Source: a virus (Duplodnaviria > Caudoviricetes). Taken from it: a stretch of 58,981 nucleotides of DNA. Positions 37,167 through 45,214 of this stretch are shown here, piece after piece. The notes under the pieces were generated by a model. The model was not told where the DNA came from, did no database searches, and was given only the letters and a program-made list of their open reading frames with translations. The stretch covers positions 1 to 58,981 of the IMG/VR virus record IMGVR_UViG_3300035670_000238. One strand, 5' to 3'. The position numbers and the translations under genes are program-made. Each line of letters opens with the position of its first letter. The stretch's first letter is position 1.

Positions 37167-37474
37167 TTCTCACCTCTGTATCGGATGGCTGCGGCGCACT
37201 CGGCTGGTTGCATTCCAACGTCACGTGCCTGAAACCTGTCGCAGATAGCCGCACACGCTTCACGCTCGGCCTTAACTGCTTCACGCACCGCAACACACGC
37301 AGGACGCTGGCACTCAGCGTGGCAGGTGTGGATGCCGTCGTAGGACAGGTGCTGCTCGATGAGGGCGGCGAAGCGGTAAAGCACTGCAAAATACATGTCG
37401 TCGGCAAAGCTATTACCCGGCTCCGCACGAATCCCAGCCTCCCGCGCCATGCGGATGATGTAGTCTTTGTTCAT
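37163..37474 (-). CDS. Hypothetical protein
   Basis: IIRMAREAG...RFAALI...EREACA...AAAIR.RG. Confidence 0.8.
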   Translation of the reverse strand: MNKDYIIRMAREAGIRAEPGNSFADDMYFAVLYRFAALIEQHLSYDGIHTCHAECQRPACVAVREAVKAEREACAAICDRFQARDVGMQPAECAAAIRYRGEK

Positions 37475-37851
37475 GAGAACTCCCTGCTGCTGAACGCATA
37501 CCCGTCAGGGTCATCCCAGTCGTACTCAGGGTTGAACCATGAATGCGGGTCTTTGCGCCCCTGATCGTTGTGTTGCAAGTTTTTAGCCCCGCTGGGAATT
37601 ACATAGTTTGGTGACTTGTACGTCTCAATCATCGCAACGAATTTCTCGTACGGAATTATATCTCCGTACTCGTCCTTGATGATCTTGTCCTTGAGAAACT
37701 CCTTCCATGCCTGCCACGATACCAATCGCTCAGGACGGTAGCCATGAAAGCTAAAGCTCCACCCGTACGATGATTTGCCGATGTGATATGCCCGGTCGTA
37801 CCGGTCGCAGCATTCACACAGATTCTCAGCAACGTAGTAGTTAGTTCCCAT
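37471..37851 (-). CDS. Hypothetical protein (MGTNYY...HIGKSS.GW family)
   Basis: MGTNYY, HIGKSSYGW.F, I.DEYG, D..GY.FS..EFS. Confidence 0.8.
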   Translation of the reverse strand: MGTNYYVAENLCECCDRYDRAYHIGKSSYGWSFSFHGYRPERLVSWQAWKEFLKDKIIKDEYGDIIPYEKFVAMIETYKSPNYVIPSGAKNLQHNDQGRKDPHSWFNPEYDWDDPDGYAFSSREFS

Positions 37852-38071
37852 TGGTCTTCACCTTGTAACTCGGTTCAATCAACTTGCGAATCTCCGGCGG
37901 GATCTTCGGCAGCGGATACCACGCGATGTACCAGTCGTCTTTGCCGTCCCACCACCACGTCTGTGCAATGCCTGCCCTGTTCAGCAGCAACACCTTCGGG
38001 CCTGTTGGGCAGGTATCCATCGGCATCCAGATCAATGCCGGGTCAGTAATCGCTTCTTTATTGGATCTCAC
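37841..38071 (-). CDS. DUF551-like small protein
   Basis: W.P..TCP.G.KVLLL...AW.PLP. Confidence 0.7.
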   Translation of the reverse strand: MRSNKEAITDPALIWMPMDTCPTGPKVLLLNRAGIAQTWWWDGKDDWYIAWYPLPKIPPEIRKLIEPSYKVKTNGN

Positions 38072-38240
38072 GGTGCGGCTCCTGCGGACCTAAGAATTTC
38101 TCCAACCGTACGATTGCCTCGGTGTAGTACGCAGCCATGTGAGCGTGATACTCCGCTGCGCTCTGATGTTCGAGCAGCAGGCGTCGAGCGTCATCGAGTT
38201 GCTTCTGAGCGATCTTGTGAGCAGATGGTTTGCTGAACAT
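38058..38240 (-). CDS. Hypothetical protein
   Basis: GGAGG RBS; first gene downstream of the palindrome at 38270. Confidence 0.75.
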   Translation of the reverse strand: MFSKPSAHKIAQKQLDDARRLLLEHQSAAEYHAHMAAYYTEAIVRLEKFLGPQEPHREIQ

Positions 38241-38269
38241 GATAGTTTGCCTCCAGTGATTGAGTTGGT

Positions 38270-38285
38270 TAATCCCACGGGATTA
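38270..38285. promoter_or_regulatory. 16-bp palindrome copy 1 (TAATCCCACGGGATTA)
   Basis: Includes the TAA stop of the upstream minus-strand gene; centre inverted relative to copies 2-5. Confidence 0.8.
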
Positions 38286-38555
38286 AGCGGTGCGTCGAAA
38301 GATCACAGTACCCACGACCTCGCCCTTGTGGACGATCTCGTATTCCTTGCCTACGTGCGTTGCACCTGCACGCTCCATGTCGCTCAGCATCACAGTCATC
38401 GACCGACCGAGTGTACTGATGAACACAGTGCGTGCTGCGTTGTCTATCGTGAGCCAGTCGTCCCGGCTCACGATGTTGACCCCCAGTTCCTCGAATCCCC
38501 GCACCAGCTTTGACTCGATGCGGATCAGTCGGTTAATAACATCTCGTTCACTCAT
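38283..38555 (-). CDS. Hypothetical protein, 90 aa
   Basis: AAGGA RBS; MSERDVINRLIRIESKLVRG. Confidence 0.75.
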   Translation of the reverse strand: MSERDVINRLIRIESKLVRGFEELGVNIVSRDDWLTIDNAARTVFISTLGRSMTVMLSDMERAGATHVGKEYEIVHKGEVVGTVIFRRTA

Positions 38556-38568
38556 TAGAGTTCCTTGG

Positions 38569-39723
38569 TTAGAGCGGTACTTTGACGGCAGTGCCGAACG
38601 GGGCCGTGTAATTCCCCCTACCGATGTTGGCCCAGATGACCGGGCATGGCGGCTCAACGCATTCATCGAGGTCGCCTTCCATGTCCGTGAAATAGATGAT
38701 CCCCGCATAGTGTTCTCCTGTTTCATCAAAGTGTTCGAATACAGGTTGGAAGCGTGTGCCGCCACCGCCCTTGGGTTTAAGTTCCAGCAAGTCGTCGCGC
38801 TCGAATCGCTCAGTATGTGTGACGTTGTAGTCGCAGTACACCACCTCGACAAACGCAGGTTGGAGATCATCGACGATCGCCTGCAACTCGGCGGCGATCT
38901 GATCACACTCCTCCTGCCCCATCGAGCCTGACGTGTCGAAGCCAATACCGAGCCCACCGAGTGCCTCGGTGCGAAGCGAAGGCAGATACAGACCCGATGC
39001 AATGAACCGCCGTGACGGCCGCATGTAGGTGTAATCCGCAGCCGCTGACTCGGTCATCATCGAGCGCAGCACGTCCTGCCAGCGTACGTTGGCTTTGCCT
39101 GTGTTGGCAAGAATCCGGTCGATGAGCGCAGACCCGTGCCCGCAGTCCTTGGCCATCTTCGCAGCAGTGACGATCGTTGCCTCCATGTCGGTGCGTGTGG
39201 CCTCGTCGACTGCATCCTCAAGGTCGCCTGTGCCATCGAACCCACCAGCCATGGGCTCACCCTGCTCATCACCCTGACCGTTACCGTCCTTACCCCCACC
39301 CTGCTGTTGCTGCTGTTGCCTCTGCTCCTTCAGTTTGTCGTAGACAAACTCGGACGAATGCTCGTCCCGCACCCACCGCAGGTTCACACCGCCCTCGGGC
39401 AACTCGTAGTTCCGAGCACGAATGTAGGCGTTGATGATCGCGTCGTTGGCATAGTTCCAGAGTGCAGGGTCACGACCCTCGCGCCGCCACATGTGCATCA
39501 GCACCACGTGACACGACTCGTGCAGCACGAGACCGAACAACTGCTCGTCGGTGATCTTGTCCATGAACGCAGCACCGTACTTCACAACCGATCCGTTGGT
39601 CATGGCGGTCGACACTTTGTCCGATACCTCACGCTTCACACGTGTCATCACAGCTGCAATGAACGGCTCGCGCAAGCCCAGCTTGCTGTATGCCAGATCC
39701 AGTCTTTGAGTGTGGCTTTCCAT
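38569..39723 (-). CDS. DUF2201-type metallopeptidase + VWA domain protein
   Basis: TAMTNG, HESCHV...H, WNYAND..IN, RPSRR, DTSGSM, GGGGT.F, YFTD. Confidence 0.9.
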   Translation of the reverse strand: MESHTQRLDLAYSKLGLREPFIAAVMTRVKREVSDKVSTAMTNGSVVKYGAAFMDKITDEQLFGLVLHESCHVVLMHMWRREGRDPALWNYANDAIINAYIRARNYELPEGGVNLRWVRDEHSSEFVYDKLKEQRQQQQQQGGGKDGNGQGDEQGEPMAGGFDGTGDLEDAVDEATRTDMEATIVTAAKMAKDCGHGSALIDRILANTGKANVRWQDVLRSMMTESAAADYTYMRPSRRFIASGLYLPSLRTEALGGLGIGFDTSGSMGQEECDQIAAELQAIVDDLQPAFVEVVYCDYNVTHTERFERDDLLELKPKGGGGTRFQPVFEHFDETGEHYAGIIYFTDMEGDLDECVEPPCPVIWANIGRGNYTAPFGTAVKVPL

Positions 39724-39724
39724 C

Positions 39725-39982
39725 TTAGTTCTCCAGTGCGTATATAGCTTCAGCATGACGCTTGGCGTCATCAACCGTTGCAAACCAGTGAAACCCAAGT
39801 TCAGGGTTGTTGGGAAACGACAGCACAGTCTCTCCTTTGTTCCGACGCTTCTGCATTTGTGGTGACATCCACGCCATGATGTTGATATGTGCCCACCTGC
39901 TGTACACAAGCCTTTGGCCGAGTCTGCGATTTACCCTGCCGACAAGCTGGTCAGGTCCGTCCTGCTCGACCCACTCGATCAT
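39725..39982 (-). CDS. Hypothetical protein
   Basis: GGAG RBS; ends AKRHAEAIYALEN. Confidence 0.7.
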   Translation of the reverse strand: MIEWVEQDGPDQLVGRVNRRLGQRLVYSRWAHINIMAWMSPQMQKRRNKGETVLSFPNNPELGFHWFATVDDAKRHAEAIYALEN

Positions 39983-39983
39983 G

Positions 39984-40274
39984 TCAGTTCTCCAATGCGA
40001 ACAGTGCCTCGACGTACACCTTGGCCTCGCTCAACGTGGCATGCGCCGACAAGTCATCGAAACTGCCGCGTGTCACGATAAACATACCGCCATCCGCGAA
40101 CACCCCAGCCTCGTTGTACGTGGGCCGCACGATGGCAAAGGTCTCCCGCACGTCATACGAAGCACCACGGCGATACTTGGCCTCCTGCACCCTGATCGCT
40201 ATGTGTACTCCTGTGACGGTCTTTTCCCATTGCAAGCGTGCACGCCCTGTGTACGGGTGCCTGATCGTTGCCAT
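39984..40274 (-). CDS. Hypothetical protein
   Basis: Tiled ORF; ends AKVYVEALFALEN. Confidence 0.7.
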   Translation of the reverse strand: MATIRHPYTGRARLQWEKTVTGVHIAIRVQEAKYRRGASYDVRETFAIVRPTYNEAGVFADGGMFIVTRGSFDDLSAHATLSEAKVYVEALFALEN

Positions 40275-40275
40275 G

Positions 40276-41283
40276 TCAGGTGCGTGAGAACGCTTGCTGG
40301 ACAGTCACCCCCCATGCCGAGAACGCAGGGCTCTGAGCGATCGTCTTGTCACGCCTGTACGCAAGCTTGATGGTAAGCGTCTGGATGTCGGCTGGCATCT
40401 TCTGCAAGAACTTCCATGCGTTGTCGAAGTTGGCAGCGGTGAGTCGTGTGGCCATACCCATGGCTACGCAATACCGCACGTTGAGTTCCTTGGGCACAGG
40501 TACATCTTTGCCTTCGAGAATGTCATCGATGCGCGGCATTGTCTCGAACACCCGCAAGTGCGTCTCGAACACCATGGCTGCCTCCTCGCCGATGTCGCCT
40601 TTGTTCATCTCGACCCGATCAGCAACGGGCAGGTCCAGCTCAAGGTTGGCAGACACCGCGAACCACGCACGAGGCGAGGGGAACGGCCGAATGTCACCCG
40701 TGGGCTCGAACTTATGCAGCAGGTCAGGGCGATCCCGCAGGAACGACAGGATCTCAGGGCGAATGCCGCAGGTGATCGCATGGTTGGTGAAGTCATCGAT
40801 CGTGGTGATGACCTCGACGTCACACAGACGATTCTGTAGGGGTGCAGCGATGTTGTACGTAACGCCTCGGTCGCTCTTGCGATTGCCTGCTGCGATGACC
40901 ATCCACGTCGACGGTATGCCGAAGTCCTCGGGTGTGAGTGTGAGCTGATACGCAGCAGCCTGCACCGCAGGCGGAGCTGAGGTGATCTCGTCCAAGAACA
41001 GAATGCCTGCACCGTCTGCTGGCAAGAAGTCAGGCCTCGCCCACTGTGTACGCCCGTTCACGACGTGAGGTATGCCACGCAGGTCGGTGGGATCCATCTG
41101 TGCAAGGCGCAGGTCGACGACGCCCTTCCAGTTCTGCACATGTTCAGCGAGCAACGCGCTTGTCTGGAACACGACCTCAGACTTGCCAATACCCGACGGC
41201 CCGCGCAGAAACACAGCACGACGGCGAGTCTTCTCGTTGAGGTAACGCTTCACGAGGATGGGAGTTACATGTTGAATACGCAT
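40276..41283 (-). CDS. MoxR-like AAA+ ATPase
   Basis: GPSGIGKS, D.TDLRGIP, LFLDE, AAGNR..D, PL.NR, PSPR.W. Confidence 0.92.
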   Translation of the reverse strand: MRIQHVTPILVKRYLNEKTRRRAVFLRGPSGIGKSEVVFQTSALLAEHVQNWKGVVDLRLAQMDPTDLRGIPHVVNGRTQWARPDFLPADGAGILFLDEITSAPPAVQAAAYQLTLTPEDFGIPSTWMVIAAGNRKSDRGVTYNIAAPLQNRLCDVEVITTIDDFTNHAITCGIRPEILSFLRDRPDLLHKFEPTGDIRPFPSPRAWFAVSANLELDLPVADRVEMNKGDIGEEAAMVFETHLRVFETMPRIDDILEGKDVPVPKELNVRYCVAMGMATRLTAANFDNAWKFLQKMPADIQTLTIKLAYRRDKTIAQSPAFSAWGVTVQQAFSRT

Positions 41284-41329
41284 GATGCTTCCTTTCAGTT
41301 GTGAGTGATGAAGTGATGAGTGACTGCGT

Positions 41330-41345
41330 TAATCCCGTGGGATTA
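41330..41345. promoter_or_regulatory. 16-bp palindrome copy 2 (TAATCCCGTGGGATTA)
   Basis: Intergenic, upstream of the AAA+ gene. Confidence 0.8.
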
Positions 41346-41372
41346 GTTGGTACTACTGGGTACTGCGGGGTA

Positions 41373-41597
41373 CTACTCTAACGCCAGCTTAGCATACTCT
41401 ACAAGTGTGAACACATGCAACGACGGCTGGTGCTCGCTGCGTTTGTAGGTCTTGTCCTGCCAATCATACGACACTGCCTCAGCCGCACACAATGCTTTGA
41501 AAACCTCCATGCCCTCGTCGACGGGCATGATGATGCTGTGCGGAAACTCAAGGCGCACGTAGCGATGCGGTTGTCCTGATGCGTTGGGCTTAGTCAT
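41373..41597 (-). CDS. Hypothetical protein
   Basis: GGAGG RBS; ends KLALE. Confidence 0.7.
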   Translation of the reverse strand: MTKPNASGQPHRYVRLEFPHSIIMPVDEGMEVFKALCAAEAVSYDWQDKTYKRSEHQPSLHVFTLVEYAKLALE

Positions 41598-41600
41598 GTC

Positions 41601-42479
41601 TCAATCCTCCAGCATAGCGTCGATGGCAGCCAGCAGTCCAGCACTCTGTGTGTGGATGTCACGCCGCTTGTCCGGGTCGTCACGCAAGGTCTGGGCACGG
41701 GGCACCGTGTCAATGATGTTCTTACCCAAGGCCAGCATGTCGTCGGGCAGCACGTCAGCGAAGTCATGCAGCAGGTTGATCTCCTCGATGATGTTCTCGA
41801 CCAGCGAGTCACGGAAGATCGGTGACTTCACCACCGTGGCTCCCCGCTTGTCTACCACCTCACGGTCGGGCTTACCCGTGGCCTCGTTAAGACGCAGCAC
41901 TACCCGACGCAAACGCTCAAGCGGCGAGCGCAGCATAGCCTCCACCGACTCACGTGCCGCCGCCTCGACCTGACTGCGCAGGGTGTCCAGCTCGGTTTCT
42001 TGCAGTGACACACGGAAGTCGCCCATGTCAGTCACCGGACGGTACACCACACGCCAGCGGAACTGGTCGCGTAGCTCTGTCACGTCTGGGTACACACTCT
42101 GGTCGAACAGCGCACCCTGTGACTGCTGTGCAGTCAGCATGACGTTGGTCCAGTTGTTGAGGAACGCAGTCACGGCTTGGTTGAACTCAACCTCGAATTT
42201 CGACATCCGCTCGGCGAAGGTCATGAACCGTGCTGTGGGCAGCAGGTCTGCACCCCGATCCCAGCGATACGTCGTGCTGTCGATATACGCACGTGCCGAA
42301 GATTCCACCGTGATGATGGGCTGCACCAGACCCCGTGGGTACAGGTCTTTGCGATACTTCCCGGCACCGTGCGCGTCGTTCGCCGCCTCGGCATCCTGCG
42401 TTGCCTTGCGATCGGTCTGTGTCATCTGCGGCTTGCTGACGCTCAGCGAAACCAGCAATGCATGGTCTTTGAGAGACAT
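41601..42479 (-). CDS. Conserved early protein (DUF3150-like), often found next to AAA+/VWA genes
   Basis: AGGAG RBS; ALLV.LSVS, K.L, W....LLP...F, YP...EL...F, IFRDSLVEN. Confidence 0.75.
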   Translation of the reverse strand: MSLKDHALLVSLSVSKPQMTQTDRKATQDAEAANDAHGAGKYRKDLYPRGLVQPIITVESSARAYIDSTTYRWDRGADLLPTARFMTFAERMSKFEVEFNQAVTAFLNNWTNVMLTAQQSQGALFDQSVYPDVTELRDQFRWRVVYRPVTDMGDFRVSLQETELDTLRSQVEAAARESVEAMLRSPLERLRRVVLRLNEATGKPDREVVDKRGATVVKSPIFRDSLVENIIEEINLLHDFADVLPDDMLALGKNIIDTVPRAQTLRDDPDKRRDIHTQSAGLLAAIDAMLED

Positions 42480-42505
42480 GATGTTGCTCCTGTAAGTGAT
42501 GAAGT

Positions 42506-42521
42506 TAATCCCGTGGGATTA
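42506..42521. promoter_or_regulatory. 16-bp palindrome copy 3
   Basis: TAATCCCGTGGGATTA, between a sigma70 promoter and the RBS. Confidence 0.8.
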
Positions 42522-42573
42522 GGCGGTACTGCGTGGTGTTGCAGATGAGGGGGTGTTCTCCCACTCAACAAAC

Positions 42574-42602
42574 ATTATACCAATATACCTGTAGCTTGTC
42601 AA
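42574..42602 (-). promoter_or_regulatory. Consensus sigma70 promoter
   Basis: TTGACA-17 bp-TATAAT on the minus strand. Confidence 0.9.
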
Positions 42603-43210
42603 TCGAAGGGCAGCGAGAGCTGGTCGTGTACTGCACCGCTGTCGATCTCCATCCATTTCCTGCAATCTTGCCAGAGTTCCTCGACAACCGCCTCGTTGTA
42701 CGTCATATCGAACGAACACAATCCTCCTAGACCCTGTGCGTACTGTTCCATGGGCTCGCCCTCATCGTCGAGCGGCATCACCTCGATAACCGCCCACCAC
42801 CAGTCTGCGGTGTACCACCCGCGCAGGTAGTCATAATCGGCGTTGACCGCCGCCATGAGGGCGTTGTGATCGGTCGAATCTGCACCGTTCCACTGTTCTT
42901 TCCGAGCTTTTTGCAGTGACATCCACACGTCGTAATACCGTGGCCACGAGCGCAAGGCTTGGTCATCGAGACGCTGCATCATGTCAACACGCAGGCGCAG
43001 TTCTACCGCCTCGTCGGTGTTCTCCTCCTCAGCGTAGGCCAGTGAGTCCTGCACCGACTGGTAGTCATCCTGATCCAGCACAACCCCATGGCCGTCGTTA
43101 AGCACGTCGGGTGGTGTCATGTCGGCGTCGTAGTAGAAATTGACGACGTAGCTCAGGCCTGTGCGTGAGCAGTCACGGGTCTCTGAGTGGTACTTGTCAC
43201 AGGCTTTCAT
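42599..43210 (-). CDS. Acidic hypothetical protein
   Basis: GGAGG RBS; DYDYLRGW...WWW. Confidence 0.75.
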   Translation of the reverse strand: MKACDKYHSETRDCSRTGLSYVVNFYYDADMTPPDVLNDGHGVVLDQDDYQSVQDSLAYAEEENTDEAVELRLRVDMMQRLDDQALRSWPRYYDVWMSLQKARKEQWNGADSTDHNALMAAVNADYDYLRGWYTADWWWAVIEVMPLDDEGEPMEQYAQGLGGLCSFDMTYNEAVVEELWQDCRKWMEIDSGAVHDQLSLPFD

Positions 43211-43442
43211 GGACGATACCTCCTTTGTTGTTGATGCCGATCAGGTCGGCACGTGACGTGATGAGCATGTAATTGCTCTTGTGCATGGGTGCCACGGTGT
43301 GTTTATGCTGGCGTGACTCTGCCTCACCGCATGACAGACACGTTGCATAACCCAACGCCTTGCGCGCGTCGGGGTACGGTGCGTCGCACACTCTGCACTG
43401 AGGTATGGGTTTGGTGAGGTCGATGTGTGTATCAATGAACAT
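43197..43442 (-). CDS. C4 zinc-finger protein (TraR/DksA-finger-like)
   Basis: CRVC......R..LGY.TCLSC...PMHKSNY. Confidence 0.7.
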   Translation of the reverse strand: MFIDTHIDLTKPIPQCRVCDAPYPDARKALGYATCLSCGEAESRQHKHTVAPMHKSNYMLITSRADLIGINNKGGIVHESL

Positions 43443-43692
43443 GGGTTGCCTCTCGTGGGTTCTCTGCGTAGTACGCGGCGTTCACGTCATACACCTGTGA
43501 CACGGCTTCCATGAACACGTGTTTGGGTACTTTGCAGTAGATTGTGAAGTCAGCGAGGATGTCAGTCAGCACCATGGCAATCAGGTTCGGTGGTAGTGCT
43601 GGGCCGTGGATGGCGAGAGCCTCGATGATTGCTGAGCGCAGCGGGTTCTCGGGATGGTTTGTGGGGTTGTTGGGTTGGTTGCTGGTTGTCAT
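43432..43692 (-). CDS. Hypothetical protein
   Basis: ATGA coupling; AAGGA RBS. Confidence 0.7.
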   Translation of the reverse strand: MTTSNQPNNPTNHPENPLRSAIIEALAIHGPALPPNLIAMVLTDILADFTIYCKVPKHVFMEAVSQVYDVNAAYYAENPREATHVH

Positions 43693-44030
43693 TTCAGTTC
43701 CTTTGGTAAGTCGATGGTGTCGCCAAGTTTGCTGGCAACGTAGCAGCGCATGGCTGCGATGAGTGGGGTGGGGCCGCTAACTTTGCACCCCGCTGAATCG
43801 GATATAGCCCACCACGGCGCAGTAGACGGGTGCCTAGGTGCCGACATGCAAATAAATTCCCTCTCAATGATCGGCCCGCCCTGCGCCCAGTTGGTTGATG
43901 GGCTGAATCTAGCCCCTGCCCGCATCAGCAGGCACCGAGTGATCCCGTCGTCGACGTACTCGACGGATACCCCCTCACACTTCGCCACTGCCCAGTCGAG
44001 GGCGGCACCCTGCAAGTTCTCTGTTCTCAT
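43689..44030 (-). CDS. NinX/DUF2591-family protein
   Basis: L.G.ALDWAVAK.EG...SPSTNWAQGGPIIERE...GPTPLIAAMRCYVASKLG. Confidence 0.85.
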   Translation of the reverse strand: MRTENLQGAALDWAVAKCEGVSVEYVDDGITRCLLMRAGARFSPSTNWAQGGPIIEREFICMSAPRHPSTAPWWAISDSAGCKVSGPTPLIAAMRCYVASKLGDTIDLPKELK

Positions 44031-44167
44031 CGTTTCTCTCCTCGTACCACGTACACGTGGTCGCAGTGTTTGCATCTGATGGTGGACACGCCACCCTCGC
44101 GGGTGGCACGGAACCTCATGACGATCACGTCGGTGTGTGCACACCGTGGGCAGGCTGTTACCGGCAC
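44027..44167 (-). CDS. 46-aa zinc-ribbon protein (not in ORF track)
   Basis: GTG start; CPRC...CKHCDH; ATGA coupling to the next gene. Confidence 0.6.
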   Translation of the reverse strand: MPVTACPRCAHTDVIVMRFRATREGGVSTIRCKHCDHVYVVRGEKR

Positions 44168-44370
44168 GGCTCACCCAGCCTTTCCATGTAAATCCGCAGG
44201 ATCTCGTCATCCTCGAAGTCATTGCTGAACTTCCTCAGATCCGAAGCGCTCTCATCCTGCACCCAGAACGAAAACCCGGATCTGATGTCCTCAACCTCGT
44301 ACGCCCAGCCGTTGCCATACGACGTGATGAGGTACTTATCATCGTGTGTGCTGTATGTCTGTGAGTTCAT
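44158..44370 (-). CDS. Hypothetical protein
   Basis: AGGAG RBS directly after palindrome copy 4. Confidence 0.75.
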   Translation of the reverse strand: MNSQTYSTHDDKYLITSYGNGWAYEVEDIRSGFSFWVQDESASDLRKFSNDFEDDEILRIYMERLGEPCR

Positions 44371-44387
44371 CTCGTTCTCCTGTGTCT

Positions 44388-44403
44388 TAATCCCGTGGGA
44401 TTA
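44388..44403. promoter_or_regulatory. 16-bp palindrome copy 4
   Basis: TAATCCCGTGGGATTA; includes the TAA stop of the upstream gene. Confidence 0.8.
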
Positions 44404-45081
44404 GTAAGTTCTCGGCGTGATGTCGTTCAGCGCCAGCCAGCCCTGCGCTGCTGCCTTTATGCTCTCCGGGGTCTGCATCATCGTCTCGGCCATGGCGATA
44501 TACCCCGCGAACTCCTGCACCATGGTTGCGTCGATGCAGTCTGCGGGGATGTCCACGGTCATGTGCCTGATGGCATTGGCTGTGTGACCGATGATGTTCC
44601 GCAGTGCCTGAAGTCTCGTTGCAGTATGCACCCCCTTGCGCGCGGCTTGGATCATGTAGTGCTCGACACGGCCATGGATGTAGCTGTGCATGTGTGAGTG
44701 ATGCCGCAGGTTTGTGTTGAAAGTGGATGAGGTGTTGGTGTGGTAGATGCGGGGCGCGGTGTCGGTAGCCCTGCACTGACTGATGTACGCTGAGCGGTAC
44801 ATATCCTTATGTCGACGGGTTGATGGGCTGAAGCTGTTGTGATGCAGCCAGAGTTCGGTGTGGGCTGTGTGCTGGTTGTAGACCAGCAGCGCCACGCAGG
44901 TGTCGTAACTGATGCCCATTGCGGTGTATCTGAACAGGGCGTTGGGATCCATCGAGAGGGGGAACAGTGCGTTGGGTTCGACACGCATGCGTGAGGCTTT
45001 GAGCGGCCGTTGCATGGTGAGCTTCCCGTCGATCGGCATAAACTGCCCGAAGCGACGCGCTACGTCTGCATGAGTTGCCAT
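44401..45081 (-). CDS. Hypothetical early protein, 226 aa
   Basis: AGGAG RBS; SY.T.VA...S.STRRH motif; first gene after the promoter at 45181. Confidence 0.75.
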   Translation of the reverse strand: MATHADVARRFGQFMPIDGKLTMQRPLKASRMRVEPNALFPLSMDPNALFRYTAMGISYDTCVALLVYNQHTAHTELWLHHNSFSPSTRRHKDMYRSAYISQCRATDTAPRIYHTNTSSTFNTNLRHHSHMHSYIHGRVEHYMIQAARKGVHTATRLQALRNIIGHTANAIRHMTVDIPADCIDATMVQEFAGYIAMAETMMQTPESIKAAAQGWLALNDITPRTY

Positions 45082-45129
45082 GGTCTGTGCTCCTGTAAGT
45101 GATGAAGTAGGTTGGTGAAGCTGTGGTGC

Positions 45130-45145
45130 TAATCCCGTGGGATTA
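45130..45145. promoter_or_regulatory. 16-bp palindrome copy 5
   Basis: TAATCCCGTGGGATTA, about 30 nt downstream of the predicted +1. Confidence 0.8.
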
Positions 45146-45180
45146 GGCGGGGCCTGCACTGGCCTTGACCAGCAAAAGAC

Positions 45181-45209
45181 ATTATCCCACCGGGGCGTCG
45201 GCGTGTCAA
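45181..45209 (-). promoter_or_regulatory. Sigma70 promoter
   Basis: TTGACA-17 bp-GATAAT on the minus strand. Confidence 0.85.
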
Positions 45210-45214
45210 GTCAA

